Shown here: in pieces, positions 13,549 through 31,534 of the stretch
Numbering within the stretch: position 1 is the first letter of the stretch
Layout of the letters: each line of letters starts with the position of its first letter
Assembly: GCF_009914755.1 (NCBI RefSeq)
Contig: NC_060936.1
Reading direction: 5' to 3' (one strand)
Source of the DNA: the human T2T-CHM13v2.0 reference genome, Homo sapiens
DNA length: 64,000 bases
The notes under the pieces: generated by a model
What the model was told of the DNA's origin: nothing
The model's input: only the letters and a program-made list of their open reading frames with translations
The model's database searches: none
Made by a program: the position numbers and the translations under genes

Positions 13549-16192
13549 CTAGAATGTTCCTCATGGTGTGATTGGATCCACCTTCAGCTCCCTCCGCAAT
13601 CAGCTCTGTCTACCCACAGGTTCCCTTTAGGATCCAAGCAGAAAGACGACACACGTCAACTGCTGAGAGCTTTCCCACTCCATTGGGTTCAAGAATAATC
13701 TATTTAGCAAAGCACACTCACACTGTCACAGAATTAGAAAAGATTCTTCTTTTCACACACACTTGCAAATTCACATCTGTGCTTGCTCCTGCTCTCAGAT
13801 TCCCTCGCAAACGCATCGGCTTCCACCCATTCTGTCGCAGGCCCTTTCCTTTCTCCCACTTATTTTTCTAACACTTTGCTTTCTTCTGTTTCCAAGAGAT
13901 GAAAAGTATTCCAGAATAGAGTTTTTTTTTTAAAAGATCTCTCTCTCATTATTTAAATAAAAGTCTGTTTGTTGTATGCTCCATCTAACATACACTTTTG
14001 CACCAAAATCCATCATCTTTGTTATCTTTTCCTCATGCTAGTGAAGCATAATGAAAGCTGAACTGGGCCATGACATGACAATTCTTTCTTTAGATTTAGT
14101 GCTGTTATTGGCAATGCCACCTCTATGCAGCACATCGTTTATAATATAGCAGCTGTAACCCCTGTCTACCAAGAGCTATTACCTGTTAGGTAGATTGTCT
14201 GATGTCTGTTGAACAAGCTCTGCAAGCGGAGCCGACTCATTGTGTGTGGAAAACTTCCTGTTCTCTGCATACCCTGAAGCCCACGAAGACTTGGCTTGAG
14301 TTGAAATATTAAGAGAATATATTTGGCATTTGACCTTGTGCAAAGAACAGTGCATGTACTTTCTGGAGCAAGAGCCAAGCTTGAAGTGGAGGTGGAGAGA
14401 AGACGGGATGAGGCCATCAAAGGGATCATCTTTTGGCTGGGCTTTCTTCCTTCAGAGGTTGTGAGAGGAGAAGCCGTCCGTCAGAGGGGCTTGAGCTAGA
14501 CTAGGAAGAAGGTTGAGATGTCAGATTTGCCCATTTATTGGTGTAAAATTGGGGCAACCAGAGTTGCCTCATAACCTGGCTGAGAGGATTAAGTGAGTTA
14601 CCATAAGTAAACTTCACAGGACATGCCCAGCACAGGCGAATGTGTGTTGCTCTTTGGAACTCTAAGCCAGGCTGAAGGCCCCTCCCCTCTGCCTGGTCCC
14701 TGGGGGTAAGTCACAGTCATTGGCACCTTGTGCTAGCTTTGGCCTCAGAAGGGTGGGAAAGAAGAGACCAAAACGCTGTGCTTTTTGGCAGCTGTGACCC
14801 AGCAAGATTAGTGTCTGTGTGCTCACCCTTGCCTTCTGACTACACAGGGAGAGAAGCTGGGATCCATTAATGGCCAAAGAAGAGCCCCAGAGGGAGAGCA
14901 CTGGTGGGGGACCCCACTCCCCCACCCCTGAGCTTTGTGTGTCTCTTGCCAGTCTGCTCAGGAGGTGCCTGTCAGCCTGAGGTTCCCCCATTCCCACACA
15001 GTGCTGGGTTGAATCACCCGACATGGGGCCCTGCACTTGGACCACCACCGCAAGTTCTGAGATGCGTCTGAGCCCTATCGCCCCCCGTGCTTTGAGAAGT
15101 GAATGGAAATGCCACTTTGGGTTCCCCTCCTCTCCCTGCAGTGAACTGTGTTTTCTTTTATTATCAGGTTTGCCTAAGAGTGAGAAGTATTTTTATAGGG
15201 CTTTCATGCATCAACAATAATGATGACAATGAAATGAGCTTTATTATTGCTATCTCTTATGTGTTGTCCTAATGCAGCAGGTGTTAGGGTTTGCAGAAAT
15301 GCTAGGGTTATAAAATACACTAATAGATAACTACAAGCAACAAACCACATAGCTACTGTATCATGTACAAACACCCTGTCCTGTGCTGTGTAGTGGGGTG
15401 TGGAAGGCAGGGTGGAGAGCCTGTTTTTGGATGAGAGAATGAGCTTGACACAGCGCATTGGGAAAGTGCTTCTACGGAGTCAGGTCTCCCCTCAGATTTT
15501 CCGGCTGAATGGGTCTGAGTGGGACCTGGGTGTGGGTGTGTCTTAAAAGCTATACCAGAGCCAGAGTTGCAGGCACTGACCTAGGAAGAGAGATCTGAAC
15601 TGTGTGGCCTTAGGTCAGTCACTTAACCTCTCTGTTGGTATCTCTTTTGGCACGTGGAGTAGTAATGCTTGCTTAGTCATTGTAATTGCCTTTATTGAGT
15701 GACCACCAGGTACCAGAGCTTTGCGTGCAATGTTTCTAATCTCCACAACTGTAAATTATGCTTTCTATTTATTTGTTTACTTGATGGTAGAGAATGTATC
15801 CCTCTTGTTCATGGCTGTATCCCCAGTGCTTTGGCAATAACTGGCACACGTAAGGCTCTCCATAAATATCTGCTGAGTGAACCCTGGGTGAATGAATGGA
15901 TCCTGTGAAGTGTTATCCCTTTATTTCAGATAAGAAAGTAAAGTCTCAGAGAAGTAAAGTGACTTGGTGAGGCAGTGGCAGGGCTGTAGTTGGAACTTAG
16001 GACTGTATGAAACCACAGCTTGGGTTCTTTGCTCTGTTCCCTGGGATGTGTAGGGTCGCTGTGAGTATCCAATGAAGTATATGTGAAAATATTTTAAAGA
16101 TTAAACACTCTGTAGCAGTATTAACAGATTTAAAATAAAAACAAACAAAATTTGGTTCTGTTGCAAAATAAATTCAGTAAGTACCAAGTTAG

Positions 16193-16510
<318 letters not shown>

Positions 16511-18319
16511 AGGTAAATACATTATTATAAGACTTCTCCAAGCCTCTAACACAACAGCAACAGACACTACTTATGACTTCACACCATGTGCAGATGCTGT
16601 CCTAAGTGCCTTGCGTATAAATGCGTTTAAACATGATTATAGCACGATGAGATGTTATTATCCCATTCAATAGATGAGCACACACAAGCTCAGAGAAGGT
16701 AAATAATTCACCCTGTGAGATGTAGCCCTGAAGCGAAGTCATGGCCATGCAGAAGTGGGTGAGGCATCTCCCGGTCTGTGTTCTTAGCCATTCTGCTACA
16801 GCTGCCTCCTTGTGTGGTAAGGTGCTCCGTGAGTCCCTGGACTAGCCAGACAGCACATCACCTTTCCCACTCATACCATCACAGACATCTTGAAGAATGG
16901 TGTTCCCGGGCTCACACCTTTGGGAAATGCTGCTCTGTGTTGCCCCAAGAACCGATGCATTAGGAGAAAGGACAGAGCTGGAAACGGGATGAGACACGTT
17001 GCAAGGCTGGTGTAGGAAAGGAGCAAAGACCACAGGACTGTCTTCATCAGGAACATGGCATTTCAAAATAGATGGCAGCTTCTGGATGGGTCTGTGCTTC
17101 ATCTCATGGTCATAAACCCGCAGAGAGCCTGGGGCAATTGTTTGACTCAGGGTTTACTCACTAAATATTTCAGAGAGAGGAGAAAGCATTGTCTGCTCTG
17201 CGTTTGCCAGCGGATGGGAAAAGAGAGATGATGATTTGAAGTCTAAATATGGTGACACCTCTTGCTCCAGTTTTATCCATCTTTATTCATTTTTTGGGGG
17301 AGAATCTTCCAAATAAATTCACTGTTTATGTAATAGAACCCCTTTCATGTACCAAACTTCTTGTAATTTAAGTATATTTGAAGGAAGTCTTTCCAGAATA
17401 TAAAATACAAATCCCTGGATCCTTAAAAGAAAAATCTGAACATATTTCATCCTTTTTCTGGGACTATACAATTCTTAGGAATTTCAATGATTGCACCTGT
17501 TGTAATGCTGGGGAGCTGTCAGGAGAGCTAAGCAACCCGCACAGGGTCCCGGAACGTCCTGACCTGGGGAAGATTTGGGATGTGCCTTTCATGCACCACC
17601 CTGTTGGGGTGTCAGCCTCCTCCAGCACCAGCCTGATTAATTTGCTCCCCCCTCTCTCCTGCAGGCTTGGGAACCAGTTGATCAAGTCCATTACAGTTAT
17701 GTGCAAAGTTAGAGTAAATAGATCCTGATTGAGGACCTATGGGGCTTACTTATGAATAAAGTGCATTAGCTTTAATTTATGGGTTTTATAACATTGATTT
17801 TGGCTTCTTAGAAGCCATTTTTCCCCTTTATTCTCTTTGTTCTCTCTAGTTTCTGTATGATTGAAGTTGTTGGATTGGCGCCTTCTAACTAATAATAATA
17901 GCAGCAATAACTTCAGCCCTTACGCTGCTGGCATTGCTCTATGGTCCGTGTGTTAACTCATTTAGTCCCCTCGACTACCCCATGAGACCTTTCTTTTTTT
18001 TTTTTTTTTTTTAATGCCAAACATTACATTTTATTACCTTTGAGCTTATTAACCAGCTTTGCGTTTATTAGCAAATACATTTAAATATCTCTTTTTTTTT
18101 TCTTTTCTTTTTTTATTATACTTTAGGTTTTAGGGTACATGTGCACATTGTGCAGGTTAGTTACATATGTATACATGTGCCATGCTGGTGCGCTGCACCC
18201 ACTAACTCATCATCTAGCATTAGGTATATCTCCCAATGCTATCCCTCCCCCCTCCCCCCACCCCACCACAGTCCCCAGAGTGTGATATTCCCTTTCCTGT
18301 GTCCATGTGATCTCATTGT

Positions 18320-22174
<3,855 letters not shown>

Positions 22175-22210
22175 TTAGTTGATGCAGTTTCTTCCTAGTC
22201 TCGATGGTCT

Positions 22211-23227
22211 TTACATTTTGGCATGATTTTGCAGCGGCTGGTACTGGTTGTTCCTTTCCATGTTTAGCGCTTCCTTCAGGAGCTCTTTTAGGGCAGGTCT
22301 GGTGGTGACAAAATCTCTCAGCATTTGCTTGTCTGTAAAGTATTTTATTTCTCCTTCACTTATGAAGCTTAGCTTGGCTGGATATGAAATTCTGGGTTGG
22401 AAATTCTTTTCTTTAAGAATGTTGAATATTGGCCCCCACTCTCTTCTGGCTTGTAGGGTTTCTGCCGAGAGATCCGCTGTTAGTCTGATGGGCTTCCCTT
22501 TGAGGGTAACCCGACCTTTCTCTCTGGCTGCCCTTAACATTTTTTCCTTCATTTCAACTTTGGTGAATCTGACAATTATGTGTCTTGGAGTTGCTCTTCT
22601 CGAGGAGTATCTTTGTGGCGTTCTCTGTATTTCCTGAATCTGAACGTTGGCCTGCCTTGCTAGATTGGGGAAGTTCTCCTGGATAATATCCTGCAGAGTG
22701 TTTTCCAACTTGGTTCCATTCTCCCCATCACTTTCAGGTACACCAATCAGACGTAGATTTGGTCTTTTCACATAGTCCCATATTTCTTGGAGGCTTTGCT
22801 CATTTCTTTTTATTCTTTTTTCTCTAAACTTCCCTTCTCACTTCATTTCATTCATTTCATCTTCCATTGCTGACACCCTTTCTTCCAGTTGATCGCATCA
22901 GCTCCTGAGGCTTCTGCATTCTTCATGTAGTTCTTGAGCCTTGGTTTTCAGCTCCGTCAGCTCCTTTAAGCACTTCTCTGTATTGGTTATTCTAGTTATA
23001 CATTCTTCTAAATTTTTTTCAAAGTTTTCAACTTCTTTGCCTTTGGTTTGAGTGTCCTCCCGTAGCTCAGAGTAATTTGATTGTCTGAAGCCTTCTTCTC
23101 TCAGCTCGTCAAAGTCATTCTCCATCCAGCTTTGTTCTGTTGCTGGTGAGGAGCTGCGTTCCTTTGGAGGAGGAGAGGCGCTCTGATTTTTAGAGCTTCC
23201 AGTTTTTCTGTTCTGTTTTTTCCCCAT
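22211..23227 (-). pseudogene. L1 ORF1 (338 codons) with nonsense codons at 110 and 130
   Basis: MGKKQNRKTG...QNHAKM spans 1017 bp in one frame. TGA at 22898-22900 and 22838-22840 replace consensus Arg (CGA). Confidence 0.95.
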
Positions 23228-24121
23228 CTTTGTGGTTTTATCTACTTTTGGTCTTTGATGATGGTGATGTACAGATGGGTTTTTGGTGTGGATGTCCTTT
23301 CTGTTTGTTAGTTTTCCTTCTAACAGACAGGACCCTCAGCTGCAGGTCTGTTGGAGTACCCTGCTGTGAGAGGTGTCAGTCTGCCCCTGCTGGGGGGTGC
23401 CTCCCAGTTAGGCTGCTCGGGGGTCAGGGGTCAGGGACCCACTTGAAGAGGCAGTCTGCCCGTTCTCAGATCTCCAGCCGCGTGCTGGGAGAACCACTGC
23501 TCTCTTCAAAGCTGTCAGACAGGGACATTTAAGTCTGCAGAAGTTACTGCTGTCTTTTTGTTTGTCTGTGCCCTGCCCCCAGAGGTGGAGCCTACAGAGG
23601 CAGGCAGGCCTCCTTGAGCTGTGGTAGGCTCCACCCAGTTCGAGCTTCCCGGCTGCTTTGTTTACCTAATCAAGCCCGGGCAATGGCGGGCGCCCCTCCC
23701 CCAGCCTCGCTGCCGCCTTGCAGTTTGATCTCAGACTGCTGTGCTAGCAATCAGCGAGACTCCGTGGGCGTAGGACCCTCCGAGCCAGGTGTGGGATATA
23801 GTCTCGTGGTGCGCCGTTTTTTAAGCCGGTCTGAAAAGCGCAATATTCGGGTGGGAGTGACCCAATTTTCCAGGTGCGTCCGTCACCCCTTTCTTTGACT
23901 CGGAAAGGGAACTCCCTGACCGCTTGCGCTTCCCAGGTGAGGCAATGCCTCGCCCTGCTTTGGCTCGCGCACCCACTGGCCTGCGCCCACTGTCTGGCAC
24001 TCCCTAGTGAGATGAACCCGGTACCTCAGATGGAAATGCAGAAATCACCCGTCTTCTGCGTCGGTCACGCTGAGAGCTGTAGACCGGAGCTGTTCCTATT
24101 CGGCCATCTTGGCTCCTCCTC
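23228..24121. promoter_or_regulatory. L1 5'UTR bidirectional promoter (sense on -, antisense promoter on +)
   Basis: CpG-rich L1 5'UTR with the YY1 motif at 24101-24111. Promoter activity is inferred from family knowledge. Confidence 0.75.
23683..23898 (+). CDS. L1 ORF0 (71 aa), intact
   Basis: gcaATGGcg start; MAGAPPPASLPPCSLISDCCASNQRDSVGVGPSEPGVGYSLVVRRFLSRSEKRNIRVGVTQFSRCVRHPFL matches primate ORF0. Confidence 0.88.
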   Translation: MAGAPPPASLPPCSLISDCCASNQRDSVGVGPSEPGVGYSLVVRRFLSRSEKRNIRVGVTQFSRCVRHPFL

Positions 24122-24133
24122 GAGACCTTTCTT

Positions 24134-24275
24134 GTAATCACCCCATTTTAAAGATGAGGAAGGGGCACAGGGCAATGAACTAACTTGCCCAAGTTTGCAT
24201 AGCTATGAAGCAGTGGAGCTGGGATTCCAGCCTGGGTGTGTGGCTCCCAAGTCTGTGCTTTTAACTGCTATGCTG
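24134..24275 (-). mobile_element. MIR split by the L1 (other half ~17890-17995)
   Basis: Removing the L1 rejoins ttaactcatttagtcc...ccccattttaaagatgaggaa...aacttgcccaag...gagctgggatt, an antisense MIR. Confidence 0.8.
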
Positions 24276-25189
24276 TGTGGCCCCCAACTAAGGTATAAAT
24301 GGGAGGGGTATTTTGCTTTGAATAGGATGCCTTAATTATCAGGCCTTCAACTAGAGTTTATGCAGTGTGTGCGCTTCTGTCTTTACCAAGAGGACCAAGG
24401 GAGGAGCAACAGTGAAGGAGGGAGTGAACGTCCCCAGGCTGGGTGGTGTCTGTAGGGGTCCTGGGGGCATGCCATGGAGCCCCCAGGCCATGCCATTTGG
24501 AAAGCATAAGGGGTAGGCAAAGGGGAGGCCTTTTCATCTGCTACTACCTGAGAGGTAGACTTGGCTTTGAGGCCATATTTTCCCAGGGATCAGTGATTCA
24601 TATTACCTGAGATCCTCAACCAAACAGGCCCCCGGGCCTCTTCCTAAATAGATGAGAATCTCTGGTTGGGGTGAGGGAACCCAGAATCAGCCTGACTTTC
24701 TGAGACAAACTTAAAACTTGAGGGACCCTTCTCGTGGACTGAGTCCTTGGAAGCAGATCTTGGGAGCTGCTGGGCCTGCATTTGAACTTGGGGCCTTCAT
24801 GGGACCCCAGTCAGTACTGGTGGTTGGCAGGGCTCAGAGCATAACATGTGGGGGACCCCACGGCGCCCCGCCCAGGTGAGAGCAGTCCCCCTCTCGTGCC
24901 GAGAGGCTCCACAGGTTTTGCCTGTGCACCCTAGGCCCCACTGGAGACGTGGAAACATCGAAGAGCTACGGCCTGAACACCAGGATGTGGGATGGGTAGT
25001 AAGAGAGTGCTGAGCTGCATGTCCTAGCCCTGGGCTCTGGTTCCAGTTCTACCTCTGCCTGGTGGCACGGCCTTGTCACTTCACTTCTCTGAGTTTTAGG
25101 TTTCTCGGCTGTGAAATAAAGATAATAATTCCTACCTCACTGAGTTATGGCAAGGGCAAATGAGAATATAGATAGAAATGCTCCGCCCA

Positions 25190-25378
25190 GCTCTACCAAA
25201 AAAAAAAGTATATATATACACACACATACACACACATTAGCTGGGCATGGTGGCTTGCACCTGTAGTTTTAGCTGCTTGGGAGGCTGAGACGGGAGGAGT
25301 GCTTCAGCCCAGGAGTTCAAGGCAGCAGTGAGCTATGATTACACCAGGGTGATGGGGCGAGACCCCATGTTTATTTTT
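25190..25378 (+). mobile_element. Truncated AluJ (right arm) with (TA)(CA)n in the linker
   Basis: ttagctgggcatggtggc...cccaggagttcaaggcagcagtgagctatgat. Confidence 0.75.
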
Positions 25379-26459
25379 TAAAATGCTCTGGAAAAATGCA
25401 AAGTGCCATATAAACATAGAGGCATTATTGTGATCATTATTACTGTTATGATTCAAACTAGACAGATATATTTGTCTCTAAAATACTTACTGTTTTTTTT
25501 TTTCTGGCACATTCCTCTGTGAACCTTTTTCCTCAGCCTCCTCTCAAGATAACTTAGAGATGCAAAAGAACTAGAAGCCAAGTTCCAAATTTAGTTCTTG
25601 ACCTTTCCAAGATGGGTGGTGAGTGGTGTGGCTGCAACCTGCCTGCTGCCAAGAGTCTGGCAGGGCTGCCGGGGTCCGGGAGCGCCAGGCCAGTGGACCC
25701 TGTCTTTGTGTGCAGTCCTGGAGCCGACACATCGCCTCACACAGGCGCCCCTGCCGGGAGCTCATGCGGGCCACTCCCTGTTTTCTCACTGGGTCTAGCT
25801 GAACTCTGGCACAGCGAGTGTAGCTGCTGAGTAGTTCGTTTGGTGCTGTCCTGTGACTTGCAAACCCCTTCCTCAAATGCATAGCAGAAATAGTGGGAAA
25901 ACCCCAGGGCTTTTATTATCTGGGCTCTCGGGCACACAGTCAGAAACATGGCCTGGGGCAGCCTCTCTTCTCTGTGCCTTTGAGTCCTGAGGAACAAGGT
26001 CAGGCATCAAGAATAAGGAAGGCCAGGATATCCAGGAGGAGACCTCACGTCTGCACCGAGGCTTCATCAGATCTGACTGGAAGTGCTGTGGTCCCTGTGG
26101 CCAGGCCAGCCTTCACAGGGCTGGGGAGCACAAGCCTTGGTGTGGCCTGTGCTTGCAGATGGATCCTGGTTGTGTGGGGGAAGGCAGGTGGCAGGTGGTG
26201 GATGCTATGCTTGAGGGCTGGGCTGTGTACGCAGCTCACAGTGTGGAGGTGCTTGAACCCTGGCAGTTGGGCACGGTTGATAGGGACGGGCCTTGTGGGA
26301 GAAGGTGTCGAAGGCCAGGGTGTGGCTCCGAGTCCCACTTCTGCTAGACTGACCAGAGAGAGCAGGTAAGAGAGTGACCAGCAGCAGGCCGGGGTCACTT
26401 CCACGCTTCCTGCCCATCGGAGGAATGTTCCAGAGGTTATCCCAGAGAGAGGTGAAGCC

Positions 26460-26660
26460 CAACATGGTCTTTCAGCCACACGCCGGGCTCCCCTTCCCCT
26501 TCTGCCATGAGTGGAAGCAGCCTGAGGCCCTCACCAGAAGCAGATGCTAGAGCCATGCCTCTTGTGCGGCCTGCAGAACCGTGAGCCAAATACGCCTCTT
26601 TTCTTTTTAAGTAACCCTGCCTCAGGTATTCCTTTATAGCAACACAAATGGACTTAGACA
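26460..26660 (+). mobile_element. MST-type MaLR LTR fragment
   Basis: gaggccctcaccagaagcagatgct...cctgcagaaccgtgagccaaat...tttatagcaacacaaatggact. Confidence 0.8.
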
Positions 26661-26815
26661 ATCCCCAAGGCCCAGACTTGGAGTCCCTTCTTGTAGGAAG
26701 TTTTCTCTGCTCCTCCATGACTGGCTTTGGTGCTGCCCTCTGTGTTTCCATAGCATTCTAGATGACCCCTATCAAAGCACATTTAGCCTCCTGCTTACTC
26801 ATCTGCGTCTCTCAG

Positions 26816-27215
26816 TGTGTTTGTTTTCTAGCACTGCTGTGAAAATACCATGCATTTGGTGGCTTAAAACAATAGAAATTTATTGTCTCACAGTTCCAGA
26901 GGCCAGAGTTTCAAAGTCCAGGTGTTAGTAGCATTGGTTCCTCTGGGCACTCTGAGGAGTGTGTTCCGTGCTCCTGCCCTGGCTCCAGTGTTGCCAGCAG
27001 CGCCTGGCATCCCTTGGCTTCTAGGTGCCTCACTCCAGATCTCTGCCTCCGTCTTCACATGGCGCGCTCCCCTGGGTGTTTGTGTCTCTGTGTCCAGCTT
27101 TCCCTCCTCTGATAAGGACAGCAGTCATTGGATTAGGGCTCCTTCACCTTAATCCAGTATAACCTCATTTTCACATGATTCCATCTGCAAAGACTTTATT
27201 TCCAAATAAAGTCCA
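26816..27215 (-). mobile_element. MLT1 (C/D-like) LTR
   Basis: ggtggcttaaaacaatagaaatttattgtctcacagtt...cattggattaggg...atctgcaaagac. Confidence 0.8.
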
Positions 27216-28489
27216 TCTGCAGCTCTCACCAGCAGCGAGCCCTGTGCAAGAAGGGATCACATCTACACAGATCCAGTGCAGTACCTGGAGTACAGCTGGG
27301 GCCTTGCGCATGTCTGTGAGGGCCAGGCCAGGCTGTTAGAGTGTTTCTTGAAGGAAGGTGTGCTTCAGTGTGGATGCTGGTCCTGACTGGGCCGCTGCCC
27401 TTGCCTGTTAGCTCCAGACAGGGTGGGCTTCTGTACCCGTTTACAGTATAGCCGCCTGAGGGACCGTGGCATGTGTGGCAGAGGAGATCTCTTGCGCCCC
27501 TGAGGTCCTCCAGTTATATCTTAGTCCTGCAGCTTAGCACCAATGCCTCCTCATTCTCTGCCTCCTCTGCCCGCTGGCCTCAGACATGCGCCCTAAAGAT
27601 GGGAGCATGCAGTGTGAACTGGAGGTGTAAGGGGTGAGGCCGCTCCCAGGACACAGCGGGCCTCATGCGACATGCCCTGGCTTCTGGATCCCTAAGCACC
27701 GAGGCCATCCAGGGAAGGGCTGGCCTCCTCCCTGGCTCTCAGGGTGCTGTGAATCAGGTTTGGCAGGGGTCTCAGCAGGGGCTTATCTCTGCCACAGTTC
27801 AGTCCAAACAGGATGAGCAGCTCTTGGTGGACCAGCGGTGACCCAGGCAGCTCCTGGTGCTGTGTACTAGGCTAGGAGCTTTGGAGGGCGTCCCTCCCTG
27901 CAGACCCCTCTCTCACTGCCCATACGGCTGTGTGTTGTCATCATATTTTGGCAGAGAACCTGTCCCATAACCAGAGAACCTCTGTCCTGGGACAGGGACA
28001 GGCCCCAGCTCACTCTGGGAACAGTCACGGTGGGTGGACGATTTGCAGAATGGTCGGAGACCCTCCAGCAAGAGGATCCATTGTTCACGACTGCAGGGTG
28101 ATTTCTTTGGGATTGCAGACAAGGGCCTCCCAGTCACTTTTGGTTTGGTGTCTGTTCTTAACACAGTTCCTGAAACATAGAAGGCACTCGATGAGTATTT
28201 GCTGAATAAATAACTGAATGAATATGTGAAGAAGAGAAGCTGTTCATGGACTAGGGATTCTGGCAAGGTGTGGCATGGCTGAGACAGCACCAGATGAGAG
28301 GCTAGGAGGCCTCCATCCCAGACCTCTCTCTGCTCCTCACCAGCTGAGTGACCTTGGGCAAATGTCTTTGCTTCTCTTGACCTCTGTTTGTTCATTTTTC
28401 TTAATCTAGGAGAGGAGTATATGTAGAGGATTCTTTTATGTTCTGTGCATCTGTGGTCTTTTGCCTGACAAGTAGACCATTTGACTTCA

Positions 28490-29030
28490 TATGAGCACAT
28501 TCCTTCATGCATTCCTTCTGTCATATTTATTAAATGCCTACTGTGTACCAGGCTAGGTGCTGGAAAAGCAAGATGTGCGGAAACAAGGGTGCGCAGGGTC
28601 TCTGCCCTCACAGAGCTTGTCAGGTTTGATAAGAGCTTACGTTCTTATGATGCCAGCCAATAAACAACTGGCAACTTCATACACACCATGCTTTCAGAGC
28701 ACTGTGAATATTAATACCATGGAGAAAGTAAAGGAGATAATGAGATGGAGAGTTCCAGGGTAAGGGCCCACCTGGAGCGGGTAGGCAGGGAGGGTCTCTC
28801 TGAGGAGGTGGCACTGGGGCTGAGAGGTGGTGACAAGATGGGCTGGCTCTGGGCAGACCTGGGGAGGAGGCTGCGGGCAGGGGACAGCAGGGCCAGGACC
28901 CCGAGGTGAGCAGGGCCCACTGTGGCTGCTGCTCAGGAGGGGAGATGAAGGAGGATGTGAGTGGGGTTGGAGGGGCAGACAGGGGCTGAATTATGTGGGT
29001 CAGCATGAGGAGTTTGTTGTGAGTGTGACG
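28490..29030 (-). mobile_element. L2 3' fragment
   Basis: tttattaaatgcctactgtgtaccaggc...ctgccctcacagagctt. Confidence 0.6.
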
Positions 29031-30004
29031 TTGGCAGGTCTGTGTGCTTCCCAAGGCTCCAGAGGAGCAGGAAGGATCTGGAGGAGGGTTAGGAAGGTAG
29101 CAGAGATAGGCGAGGGTTACGGCCTTGACTTTAGCATTCCCAGAGCAGTTGATGTGGTTGCCAGAGGGCCTGGCCAGAGCTCACTGGGGAAGAAAGCCCT
29201 GGACGGTGCAAGCTGCCATTTCTTGAAGGGAAGTCGGTCATGGAAACATGTCAAAGGGACCTGCCAGAAGCTTCTGGGACACAAGGCTCTTGTGAGGTGT
29301 TTTCCCGTCTCTTTTGTGTACACTGTGGGCTTGGCCATCCAGCCTTCATTTCCCTAGCAACTTCTCTACATCCAGATCCATAAGAGAAACCTTTCTGGTC
29401 ACCCCATAAGGGATGCAAGCTCCGTAACGAGCACTCAGGCTCCTCGCTGATGGGGGCTGCGAGGTTCCAGAAGGTTGGCCCATGCAGCAGGCCACTCCTT
29501 AGCGCCTCTGGCCCTGGGTAGACTTTGGCCTCAGGGGAAAGGAGCGTGGAGACAGCTGTGGACACCCAGATTGCTGTATATCTGACAGCGCTTGGCCCCC
29601 ATCTATCTGGAAGTGGGGTGAGGCAGACTGCATTTTCAAGCTCAACCCTTTCCTTTATGGCAGCTGGGGTGGGTGACCAGCCCTGTGTAAGCCATAATAA
29701 CCCAGCCTGCATGAGGATACCATAAAGCGGAAGCCGGGCGGCTCTTTGAAGGGATGACGTGGGAAGGGTATCCTCTCCTTTCCAGCATTCCTTCATTTGG
29801 GGAGCACTGCCTCCTTGGGACAAGACTCTGTATTGGGGAGGCAGCACTGAATGGGGAAGTCCCTGGTCTGGTGGGGGACAGCCACCACCTGGCACGTGAT
29901 GGTGGCAAGAATGCCTAATGCTTATGAGTGCCGCAGTGTGCAGCTCTGTGCCTTACACACGTCACCTCCCACCATCTCCCAAGGACCGTGTGGGGTGGAT
30001 CATA

Positions 30005-31534
<1,530 letters not shown>

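Noticed and set aside
18180-18230. Calling the L1 an active L1HS-Ta element
   Set aside because: The 3'UTR has GAG rather than ACA, and ORF1 has two stops.
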